64,000 nucleotides of DNA from Octopus vulgaris (GCA_951406725.2 OX597816.1:149792001-149856000), one strand, 5' to 3'; positions 25,641 through 36,395 are shown, numbered from the stretch's first letter. Notes: generated from the letters alone by a model not told the origin. Program-made: numbers and translations.

Positions 25641-25832
25641 ATCTATATAAATACAGTACAAAAAATATAACACCAAGAAGAAGTAAAAAAACTAACACAG
25701 TGTAGTAGGTTGATGTACAGGAAATATGAAAAAAATAGAAATCGTTTAGCTTTTGAGTGTACACTCTTCTGAACGAAAGAATAGACAAGGAATTATAAAA
25801 ATAGAGAAAGGAACACATGAATATAATTATCA

Positions 25833-26040
25833 TATAATAATAATAATAATGAAATTATTGTATACAGTGCTCAGGTGCACCACAACTTGTCAAAAGTGTG
25901 TATAAAGCATATGCAGTAATGTACAAATGTCTAGAAAGTGAACAGTGTGAGTCAGATGCATGCTTGCATGTGTATGGAGGGGAGAAAATCAGGTGTAGTG
26001 TTGGTGAATCTCAGGAAGCATGGAAATTTTGAAGTTTGAA
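25833..26040 (-). mobile_element. CR1/L2-like LINE 3' end with (TTA)n tail
   Basis: Minus strand ...SMLPEIHQHYT* then a short UTR ending in a TTA repeat. Family assignment is tentative. Confidence 0.4.
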
Positions 26041-26257
26041 TCATGGCATGCTGAAATGAACAAGTGGTCAAAGAGTTGCTTTAGGCATGAGTGGCAAGGG
26101 GGACAACTATGAGCCTAGCATATACGTGTGTGTGTGTGTATAAAACTGTTGTATACATGTGTGCTTGCTTTCTGTATGTGTATATAAGGCTGTTGTGTGC
26201 ATCATACTGGATAAACATGTCAGGTGAAATAGAGGTGACATAAGTAGTAGTACAATA

Positions 26258-26472
26258 TACTCTTACTCTCTTTTACTTGTTTCAGTCATTTGACTCTGGC
26301 CATGCTGGAGTACCGCCTTTAGTCGAACAAATCGACCCCGGGACTTATTCTTTGTAAGCCCAGTACTTATTCTATCGGTCTCTTTTGCCGAACCGTTAAG
26401 TGACGGCGACATAAACACACCAGCATCGATTGTCAAGCAATGCTAGGGGGGCAAACACAGACACACAAACAT

Positions 26473-26503
<31 letters not shown>

Positions 26504-26675
26504 CATATATACGACGGGCTTCTTTCAGTTTCCGTCTACCAAATCCACTCACAAGGCTTTGGTTGGCCCGAGGCTATAGTAGAAGACACTTGCCCAAGAT
26601 GCCACGTAGTGGGACTGAACCTGGAACTATGTGGTTGGTAAGCAAGCTACTTACCACACAGCCACTCCTGCGCCT
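26258..26675 (-). mobile_element. Full-length tRNA-derived SINE
   Basis: Same family as 12521-12934; A/B boxes intact. Confidence 0.9.
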
Positions 26676-26859
26676 ATGTGTGATTTTTGGTAGCATGCAG
26701 GACAAATTGTGTGTGTGTGAAGTAGAAAATAGGTGTATGTTTAAAAACGTTGTTGTGTATGGTGTTGTGTTAAACAGTATGGTGTAGGTGTGGGAGGGGT
26801 TGTTAAGAGGACTGAAATGTAAAATGTAGATGGTGTATCAAGTGGGGAAAAGGTGGGAC

Positions 26860-27440
26860 TAAATGAAAAGAGGTTGGGAATTTAGACCATTGTGTTTAAA
26901 ACCTGGAGAGAAAAAAATGAATTCTTTCTCCAGATGGAGACTATGGACCGAGGGGCCTCTGTGCAAGACCAGTCTGAATGCAGACAGATGTTGAACAGGA
27001 TGTCCAGTGGAGTGAAAGTGCCACAAAACCAGGGTGTCATTACTGAGTTTGATGTTCTTCAAGTGTTCAACAAAATGGTCAACCACTTTGTTCTATGTAA
27101 GATGAGAGGCAAAAAGAGCAGAGTATGCAGTAAGTGAAAATACTGGAGGTACAAGTGAAGTGGTGGAGGGTATCAACAAAGACAGCGGTGCTAGAGAGGG
27201 ATAGACAGTGCAACATGGATGGAAGCTAGGGAAGGAGCCTGGTTTAATGCCAGGAGTGGGGAAAGTGCTATGGACCAGTAAACTGCATAGGTTACTGGCA
27301 CATTTGAAGAAAGGAAGGGGTGGATTGATGAAGATGTGGGAGGTGGTGCACTGATGTGTAATCAACAGACTGAGCATGGGTGAGGGTGGCTTGGATTACA
27401 GTGGTGGTAGTGGGGATATCCTCAGTGGGTAAGTAGTGGG
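26860..27440 (-). mobile_element. Penelope-like element remnant (linker and GIY-YIG endonuclease C-terminus)
   Basis: ..FKCASNLCSLLVHS..; FVEHLKNIK...HFHSTGH...LEKEFIF...HNGLN, the typical PLE C-terminal EH/HF..H/E..I..GLN pattern. Confidence 0.7.
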
Positions 27441-27469
27441 CCCTATATATATATATATATATATATAAT

Positions 27470-29113
27470 ATCATCACTTAACGTCCACTTTCCATTCTGG
27501 CATGGGTTGGAGGGTTTGCCTGCGGACTGGTGAACTAGAAGGCTGCACCAGGCTCCAGTCTGATCTGGCAATGTTTCTACAGCTGGATGCCCAACCACTC
27601 CGAGAATGTAGTGGGTGCTTTTATGTGCCACGAGAATGAGGGCCAGTCAGGCAGTACTATCAATGACCACGCTCAAAAGATGTTTTTATGTGCCACCTGC
27701 ATGGGAGCCAGTCCGGCGGCACTGGCAATGACCATGCTAGAATGTTGCTTTTCATATGCCACCAGCACATGTGCTTGAATAGTGCTTTTTACATGCCACT
27801 GGCACAGGAGCCAGTCAGTGCCCTGGCAACGATCACACTCGAATGGTGCTTTTAATGTTCCACTGGCATAAGTGCCAATCAGGCGGTACTGTCATCAGTC
27901 ACGTCAGTGATTTTGATTTCACTTTCCTCAACAGGTCTTCGCAAGCAAAGTTTATTGTCTAATGAATGAAGGGTACTCATAAGTGGGCTGGTTATACACC
28001 ACTGGCATAGGCCATGGGTTATGGTCTCACTTGGCTTGTTGGGTCTTCTCAAGCACAGCATATCTATAAAGGTCTTGGTCACTAGTCATTGCCTTGGTGA
28101 GGCCCAATGTTTGAAGGCTGTGCTTCAGCACCTCATCCCAGGTCTTCATGGGTCTACCTCTTCCACAGATTCCTTCAACTGCTAGGGTGTGACACTCTTT
28201 CACACAGCTGTCCTCATCCATTTGCAACACATGACCATACCAGTGCAGTCGTCTCTCTTGCACACCACATCTGATGCTTCTTAAGTCCAACTTTTCTCTC
28301 AGGATGCTTACACTCTGTTGTGTATGCACACTGACATTACACATTCAGCAGAGCATACTGGCTTCAATCCTCGCAAGCTTATGCATGTCCTCAGCAGTCA
28401 CAGCCCATTTTTGACTGCCATGTAGCATGGCTGTTCGTACACATGCATCATACAGTCTACCTTTTATTCTGAGCGAGAGTCCCTTTGTCACTAGCAGAGG
28501 TAGGAGCTCTCTGAACTTTGCCCAGACTATTCTTATTCTAGCAGCTACACTTTCAGAGCATCTACCCCACTACTGACTTGGTCACCTAGATAACAGAAGC
28601 TATCAACTATTCTAGTTTTTCTCCCTGGTATGTGACAGAAGCTGTTCTCTGCACATTTTCAGTGTTTATTGCTTCTCAGCATTTGCCACATACAAAATCT
28701 ATCTTCCCAGTTAGCCTCTCTTTGATATTGCTGCACCTCTTATGTGTCCATAGCTTACACTGGGTACATCTTATGGAGTTTCTACCTATGCCTTTTCTAC
28801 AGATTGAGCAGGGCCATCTACCTGAAGGGATTTGTAGTTTGTCGGCCTTCCTACTTATTAAGATTTTGGTTTTAGCTAGGTTGACTCTAAGGTCCTTTGA
28901 TTCTAATCCTTGCTTCCACACCTGAAACTTTTCCTCTAGTTCTGGTAGTGACTCAGCAATTAGAGCAAGGTCGTCAGCATAGAGGAGTTCCTGTCTTGAA
29001 TTCCTGTTATTTGCCTGGAGGACTACGGTGAATAAAAGGGGGCTGAGTACTGATCTGTGGTAGACCCCTACACCTACCCAGAATTCTTCATTGTACTCAT
29101 TACCAGCCCTCAC
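27470..29113 (-). mobile_element. 5'-truncated RTE LINE (RT C-half to tail)
   Basis: SVLSPLLF..ELLYADDLALIAE, a Cys-rich CSIC/CTQC..H..C..CGKC domain, LHWYGHVLQMD and 3' UTR repeats. Confidence 0.92.
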
Positions 29114-29116
29114 CTA

Positions 29117-31410
29117 ATCATCATCATTGATTAACATCCATTTTTATCATCATCATTGATTAACATCCATTGATTAACATCCGTTCCATGCTAGCATGGG
29201 TTGGATGGTTTGACCAGGGTATGGGAAGCCAAGAGGCTGTGCCAGGCTCCAGTCTGATCTGGCTGGATGCCCTTCCTAACACCAACCACTCTGTGAGTGT
29301 AGCAGATGCCTTTTACATGCCACTGGCACAGGGGCCAGAGGATGCTAGAAAATGGCCATGATTGGTTGGTACTTTTTACATGTCACCGACATGGACGCCA
29401 GTCAGGTAGCGCTGGCATCAACAACTTTCGGATGGTGCTTTTTATGTGCCACCAGCACAGGTATCATAACTACAATTTCCATTTGATTTTTATTTTGATG
29501 TTGATATACTTGACTCAACAGGTCTCCTCAAGCACAGCAGGTCACCCTACGATCCAAGGTTAGTGCAGCAGGCTGTCCTGCGAGCCATGAGCTCACTTCA
29601 TTTGTTGGGTCTTCGCAGTCACAGCATATCTCCAGAGTCTTTCGTCATAGCCTCTGTGTACGAAGGTCATGCTTGACCACCTCATCCCATGTCTTCCTGG
29701 GTCTACCTCTACTCTGGATTCTTTCAACAGTTTGGGAGTGGCACTTCTTCACACATCTCTCCCCATCCATCCGTAGTACATGACCATACGAACGCAAATG
29801 TCTCTCCTGCATGCCACATCCGATGCTTCTTATGTCCAACATTTATCTCAGGGTGCTTACACTCAGTCGTGCATGGACACTGACATTACACATCCAGCGG
29901 ATCATGCTAGCTTCATTTCTTTCGAGCCAACGCATGTCCTCCGCAGTCACAGCCCATGTTTCACTGCCATGAAGCATGGCAGTTCGCACACATGTGTCGT
30001 ACAATCTACCTTTCACTCTGAGCAAGAGACCCTTTGTCACCAGTAGGGGAAGAAGCTTTCTAAACTTTGCCTAAGCTATTCTTATTCTAGTGGTGACACT
30101 CTCTGAGCATCCACCTCCACTACTAACTTGGTCACTATCAATTACTTCTAGTTTCTCCCACTGGAGTGTAATGGAATCTGTTTTCTGAGTGTCTGTGGTG
30201 TCTATTGCCCCTGTGCATCTGCCGCACATGAAAGCTATCTTCTCGGTTAATTTTCCTTTGATGTTGCTGCACCTCTTATGTGTCCATAGCTTACACTGGG
30301 TACATCTTATGGAGTTTCTACCTACACCTTTTCTACAGATCAAGCAGGGCCACCTACCTAAGGTGGGGTGTGATGAGTTCACCTTCCTACATACTAGAAC
30401 TTTGGTCTTTACTACATTGACTCTAAGGCCTTTTGATTCTAAACCTAGCTTCCACACACGAAATTTCTTTTCTAGTTCTGGTAGTGATTCTGCTATAAGG
30501 GCCAGGTCATCAGCATAGAGTAGCTCCCAGGGGCATCCAATCTTGAATTCCTCTATTATTGCCTGGAGGACTGTGATGAATAAAAGGGGACTAAGGGTTG
30601 AACCTTGGTGGACACCTACTTCTACCCAGAATTCTTCACTATTCATTGCCAATCCTAACCTTACTAACAGCCTCTCTGTAAAGGGCCTGTGATGCCCTTA
30701 TTAACCATTTGTCAATCTCTAGTTTCCGCATCACCCACCAGATAAGGGATCGGGGGACCCTGTCAAAGGCGTTCTCCAAGTCCACAAAAGCTAAGTATAG
30801 GGGTTTATCTTTAACTAGGTATTTCTCCTGTAGTTGTCGAACCAGGAATATGGCATCAGTGGTGCTTCTTGCCGGTACAAAACTGAACTGCATCTCATCT
30901 AAGCAGACTCTCACCCTGATGAGATGGGCTATGACCCTCTCCGTGACCTTCATCACCTGATCCAGCAGTTTGATACACCTGTAGTTATTTCTATCTAGAG
31001 CATCCCTTGTATCCTTGTAGCAGTTGACTATGGTGCTGCTACGTCAGTCGTTGGGTATGACTCCATCATGAACTATCTGGTTTACAATGCGGATGACTAA
31101 GCCATAGCCCACACCACCAGATGTTTTAAGCATCTCAGCAGTGATTCCTGATGGGCCGGGGGATTTTCCTGGCTTCATACCCTTAATTGCTTTATCTACT
31201 AGGGAGCTGTCTATATGGATAGCTGGTTCTTCATCTGGGTCAACATTTGGCAAGCTCTCCTCCTCCCATTCACTCTCCACATTCAGCAGTCTTTCATAAT
31301 GGCTTCTCCAAGCCTCTTACTTTTCAGAATCATTAAAAGCAAGTGCACCATCATCCATTTGGACACATTTCTCTCACACACTGTCTTGCAATCCAAAATA
31401 CCTCAGTTCT
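29117..31410 (-). mobile_element. RTE LINE, longest copy (RT domain to tail), degenerate
   Basis: PGPSGITAEMLK, QFSFVPARSTTDAIF, FVDLENAFDRV, HQGSTLSPLLF, YADD, a PHD-like Cys cluster and 3' UTR; several frameshifts. Confidence 0.95.
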
Positions 31411-31416
31411 TTGGTT

Positions 31417-31450
<34 letters not shown>

Positions 31451-31613
31451 GTTATCGCCATACTAATATGGCATTCTTATAAAAATAAGAATAAAGCTGT
31501 CCGCTTATTAGCTCCATGAGGCCATTGCCTTAAGTTAGCTATTTGATACACAAACTGTATCCATATAACCTTCGAACAAGGGAGGTCAGTCGCTCCACAC
31601 TACTTGACCGGCA

Positions 31614-31655
31614 GCTACAGACGCGTTTCGGGGTATTGCCCCTTTTCAATGCAGC
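31614..31655 (-). ncRNA. Minimal type I hammerhead ribozyme (U3-A8 variant), intact GUC
   Basis: Minus strand GCTGCA-TTGAAAA-GGGG caata CCCC-GAAA-CGCG-TC-TGTAGC. Confidence 0.75.
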
Positions 31656-31731
31656 GTAGCCAGACCAGTAGGTGTCGCTTCTGACAATCTCTGTTCGAAG
31701 GTTTTATTTACCTAGCTACTGGTCTGGCTAC

Positions 31732-31773
31732 GCTGCATTGAAAAGGGGCAATACCCCGAAACGCGTCTGTAGC
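31732..31773 (+). ncRNA. Minimal type I hammerhead ribozyme (U3-A8 variant), intact GUC, predicted cut after 31767
   Basis: Stem I GCTGCA/TGTAGC, core TTGAAAA (31738-44), stem II GGGG/CCCC, GAAA, palindromic ACGCGT stem III. Confidence 0.75.
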
Positions 31774-32094
31774 TGCCGGTCAAGTAGTGTGGAGCGACTG
31801 ACCTCCCTTGTTCGAAGGTTATATGGATACAGTTTGTGTATCAAATAGCTAACTTAAGGCGATGGCCTCATGGAGCTAATAAACGGACAGCTTTATTCTT
31901 ATTTTTATAAGAATGCCATATTAGTATGGCGATAACTATTATTTTCCAGAAACGCTGCCGTTGTTCTCTTTTAGAGAGACTTAGTAATTTTAATATTTCT
32001 ATTATTGAAAACAAGTGGATGTATTCCACCGAAGCTAGGTAAATAAAACCTTCGAACAGAGATTGTCAGAAGCGACACCTACTGGTCTGGCTAC

Positions 32095-32136
32095 GCTGCA
32101 TTGAAAAGGGGCAATACCCCGAAACGCGCCTGTAGC
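32095..32136 (+). ncRNA. Hammerhead copy with GUC changed to GCC (probably impaired)
   Basis: Identical to 31732-31773 except T>C at 32129 (U16.1). Confidence 0.65.
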
Positions 32137-32294
32137 TGCCGGTCAAGTAGTGTGGAGCGACTGACCTCCCTTGTTCGAAGGTTATATGGATACAGTTTGG
32201 CGATAACTATTATTTTCCGGAAACACTGCCGTTGTTCTCTTTTAGAGAGACTTAGTAATTTTAATATTTCTATTATATATATATACATGTATAT

Positions 32295-32468
32295 ATAAGC
32301 AGAAAATGGAGAAAACTTTTGATCAACAAACAAACAAATTGACCAACATCGGTTGCTTATTTTTTAATACAAATCATGTTATGTCATGTTTTGTATTAAA
32401 AAATAATCAACTGATGTTGGTCAATTTGTTTGTTTGTTGATCAAAAGTCTTCTCCATTTTCTGCTTAT
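32295..32468. repeat. 174-bp near-perfect palindrome (foldback/MITE-like)
   Basis: ataagcagaaaatggagaaaacttttgatcaacaaacaaacaaattgaccaacatc... is mirrored by ...gatgttggtcaatttgtttgtttgttgatcaaaagtcttctccattttctgcttat, with a very short loop. Confidence 0.9.
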
Positions 32469-32765
32469 TTAAATTTGATTCCTGATAAACTTTTGTTTAT
32501 TCTGTTGTTACCTGTATCCTATAAGCATAGTGTGCTTGCATGCCCATGCCCAGGGATAGCATAGGTAAATGATACCAATAGTAAGAACGGATACTATTAT
32601 CCCTTAGACAGTCATTCCAACTGCTAACTCTGCTTACCTTTTGTGCATATATATATATATATATACATACATACATATATATATATGTAACAGTAGAAGT
32701 ATATTTTGTAATGGTTGAGATTAATTTGTAAACAATAATATGGAACGTCGAAGTCATCACCAGTT

Positions 32766-32981
32766 TGTAAAAATTGGTTCTTTGTTGATTTCCATTATGT
32801 AAAGATGAAAGAACTGTGATTGAAGTTATAAAGAAAATATTTATTTACCGTTACATTGTATATATCCAAAACCATGATGGGTTGGTATGTATAAGTAGTA
32901 AAGGGAAAAAAATGTGAGGTAAAATAGTTAATTTTGGCTATCTAGGATCGAATCCACGCCATGCCTGCAAGATCCACTACA
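32766..32981 (-). mobile_element. Gypsy LTR (216 bp, TG...CA)
   Basis: Minus strand starts TGTAGTGGATC just after polypurine tract GGGGAGGGGAG (~32985-32995), ends TTACA and contains AATAAA. Related LTR sequence is at ~34967-35030 and ~35490-35548. Confidence 0.7.
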
Positions 32982-35548
32982 TCACTCCCCTCCCCAGTGA
33001 GGTTCTGAGTAAAGGAAATGAACGATTGAAGCTGAGAAAGAAATGTATGTGGAATACCTTGAAATGTGCAGGAGCAAAAGTGTGGCATGCTAGCGCATTA
33101 AGGGGCAAACAACTTTCACTATGCACGCATGACCAACCTAGGATCTTACAGAGACGAATTGTGTCTACAAGGGTGCAGGGAGTATGAAAGACAAGCGAGA
33201 AAGGCATCTGTGAGGCATGAATGTGACAGAGTTAGCATGTGTGTGCAACAATGTGTGCGGATGCATGTGCAAGCCAGGTGCTGAGGAAAGGTACATGTGT
33301 GTGTGTATATGCAACAATACATTTTCAAAGTGAACAAGAAAAAGAACATATACATGTAAAATACAACATGCGACTGAAAGAAAGTGGAAGTGCAAAATAT
33401 GAATAAAATTGAGAAGGCATGCAAACAAAAATTCAGGTTATGAATAAATGTTCAGTTCATTTGAATCTGATAGAATGCAAGCAGAACCAATTTTAATTTA
33501 ATATAACAAACAGGAAATTGAATTAATGCAATGTAAGTGTTACAGATATGGTCCTTGTGAAGTTCAGTGGAAAGAAAAATATAAATAAATAAATAAGTCT
33601 TGTAGGTGTTCATGTAGAAATTAAGGCATTGGTGCCTGTAAATCACTCACCTGGAATTTTTTTGAAATAGAAAACTTGTACATGTTTTGCTGGGCAGCGA
33701 ACTCTTTGCCCGCTTCTTGTTCAAGTTTGCTGTGAAGACGTTGAGGTACTTGTGGGAGGTTTTGATGAGATTGCATTGGTCTGGTGCGGAGTTGACGATG
33801 ATGATGAGGAATTGGGTTTGACAATAGCTTTCTTTTATGTCAATCGATACTAATAGTATTTCACTTGCCATTCATGTCGACAATGAAGTATTTCTCTCTT
33901 CTTTGTAGTATTCTGTAGGGTCCAGAATATGGTGGATGGATTTGTGATTGCATTCCATCATTCCAGATAAAAACGTACATCCATTGGTTAATGTTCGAGG
34001 AGACAGGTGTCAGTTTTCTGTGAATGGGGTGTGTTAGGTGAGAGATGGGTCATATGTGCACGGAGATGATGTACATATGTTGTGGGATCAGGAATATCCC
34101 TTGGAGGAACTGGAGCAATCATTTGCCCAGGCAGGGCCAGTGTGGTGCTGTAAGCTAACTCAGCCAGTGAGTGACCGATGTCGTCCTTTATGGATACACA
34201 GATACCGAGTAGAATTAAAGGAAGGAATTTCATCCAATTGATTAGGTCTGGACATGCATGTATGGCTGATTTCAGCTGCCTGTGGAATCTCTTTATCATG
34301 CCATTTGCCACTGTTGTGCAGCAGTGTTTGGAACTGATCAGGCATGTGAGTTCGCTGAAAAGGTGCGAATCGAATTGCCATCCTCTGTCTGTCGTGATGG
34401 TTTTGGGGACACCAAAAAGCGATACCCAGTGTGATATCAGCACTTTAGCGACGGTTTCACCTGAAGTATCAGACAGAGGGAAAGCTTCGGGCCATTGAGA
34501 AAAGTGGTCGATGCAGGTCAACAGATGTGTATATTTGTGGAATGGTGGTAGAGGTCCGACTATATCTATGTGGACATGTTGAAAACATGCGTCTGGTGTC
34601 GTGAAAGTGCCAAGAGGTGATTTTACATGTTGTATTTTCACCTTTTGACAGGCAACGCAACTATTAACCTAAGTGTGGATGTCCTTGTTAATGTTCGTCC
34701 ACACAAAACGAGTTGTTATCATCTTCTGTGTGGAACAAATGCTGGGGTGTGATAGGCAGTGAAAATACGTCGTCGGTATTGTGCAGGGATGTAAGGGCGT
34801 TCATGACCAGTGGAGGTATCACACCATATCTAACAGGTAGAAGATAATGAGAACAGAGGGCCGGATCAAAAGACCAGAAGAATGGCAGTTTTATTGAAAT
34901 TGTGGCCTGAGGCAGTGCCATGTCCATGGAAGAAGAGGATGCAAGAGCCTCTTGCTCTGGAAAGTGCATAAATATATGTAAGTAGTAAATGGAAAAGCAT
35001 GTGAGGTAAAAAAGTTAATTTTGGCCAGTATGTGTGTACATGTTCTCATAGTAGTAATCCAAAGATATAGGTAGATTGATGTTGTAAGAGAAAAGAAATT
35101 GAGCTTCTGAAAGTTATAGAGTTGAGGGAAGTTGTGTCTCATAGTTGGCTGATTATAATTTAGGTTCTCCCTCTGACCATTTGTCTTTAGTAGCTGCCTG
35201 CTAGTGGTCATAACTAGTTGTTCATTCACTAACTGATGGTCACTCTCACTAACTGACTTTTGCTTGGGGTTCTTGCTTTTATAACTATCCAGAAGGATAG
35301 ACATATTGTTGAGAACAATAGATTTCGTTGGAGGTCTGTGATATCTCTATTCTAGCTATTGGTGAAATAGAAGAGGTTAGAAGGGTCAAGTGGTGAAAAT
35401 ATTATTTTGCTTAGCTATGGCATCTGGCAAATATAACTACTGTCACAGAAAAACTATTGTTTTACTGTGAGGAAAGTACTGTTGAATTGTTAATTTAAAT
35501 TTGGCTATCTAGGATTGAATATCTACCATGCCTGAAAGATCCACTAAA
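32982..35548 (-). mobile_element. Internally deleted Gypsy/Ty3 retrotransposon (gag N-terminus joined to integrase)
   Basis: IKLPFFWSFDP (KLPPFW-like gag start); integrase HVHIDIVGPLP, TITTDRGWQF, ANGMIKRFHRQLK; C-terminal HPPYSGPYRIL (GPY/F). No RT/RNase H seen. Confidence 0.85.
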
Positions 35549-35944
35549 TATATATCATCATCATCATCATCAACAACATCGTTTAACATCCACTTTCCAT
35601 GCTGGCATGGGTTGGACGATTTGACTGGTGAACCAGATAGCTACATGAGGCTACAATCTGATCTGGTAGAGTTTCTACAGCTGGATAAAAGAGCCTGGTT
35701 TTCAGGATATCTTGGCTGTTTCTTAAAATAATTTTGCAGACTCCCTAAATAGACATTTACTCAAAGATGTGAAATCAAGGAAAAATATGGAAATTTGACA
35801 GATTTTTATCAAAATTTAAGAGCATATATTAACATAATGATAGAGTTCTCTCCTGATTAAGTAAAAGTATATCTTTTCCTTTTGTGGATGTCTCATAATC
35901 CATAGAATCACAGGGTGGGGCAATGGGTTTAGGATATAATTTCT

Positions 35945-36395
35945 GTTGTGATGGATGGGCCCTCTTGAGCACAGTAAATTGCCAGTTGTTTCAGTCTTTT
36001 GTCAGCCTTCACTATTTTGTCTCATGTCTTCCTGGGTTTCCTTCTACAAGTTCCATCAGCTTTAAGCAATTGGCACTTCTATATACAGCTCTCATCATCC
36101 ATATGCATTACATGACCAATCCAATGTAGTTTTCTCTCTTGCACACTACATCTGACTCCTCTTATGTCTAATTTTTCTCTCAGTACATTAACACTTTGTC
36201 ATACATGCACACTTACATTGCACAACCAAAAGAGCATACTAGCTTCATTCCTCTCTAGTCTTTGCATGTCCTCTGCATTCAGGACCCACATCTCACTACA
36301 ATGCAACATTCTTATTCATACAAAAGTATCTTAAAATCTTCTTTTCACTCAGTGAGAGAACCCTTTTGTTGCCAACAGAAGTAAGAGTTCACTGA
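35945..36395 (-). mobile_element. Old RTE LINE 3' fragment
   Basis: Reverse complement resembles the LLATKG..EASML..GHV..GRPRKT region of the other copies. Confidence 0.7.

Larger units (their letters stand above)
31446..32275. mobile_element. Non-coding hammerhead-bearing repeat (Penelope pLTR/retrozyme-like): one inverted plus two tandem copies, 363-bp period
   Basis: 31446-31717 is the reverse complement of the unit; direct copies start at ~31716 and ~32079; flanked by (TA)n on both sides. Confidence 0.85.

Noticed and set aside
32091-32333. Short ORFs over the hammerhead repeat
   Set aside because: They depend on non-ATG starts or on the deletion in the last copy, and are not preserved in the other copies.
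33647-33871. ORF MASEILL... followed by a perfect CAG|GTGAGT donor, as a possible spliced accessory gene in the Gypsy element
   Set aside because: Its start overlaps the frameshifted integrase C-terminus (PPYSGPY..KYFIVDMNGK.NTISID) in another frame, so it is most likely a shadow ORF.
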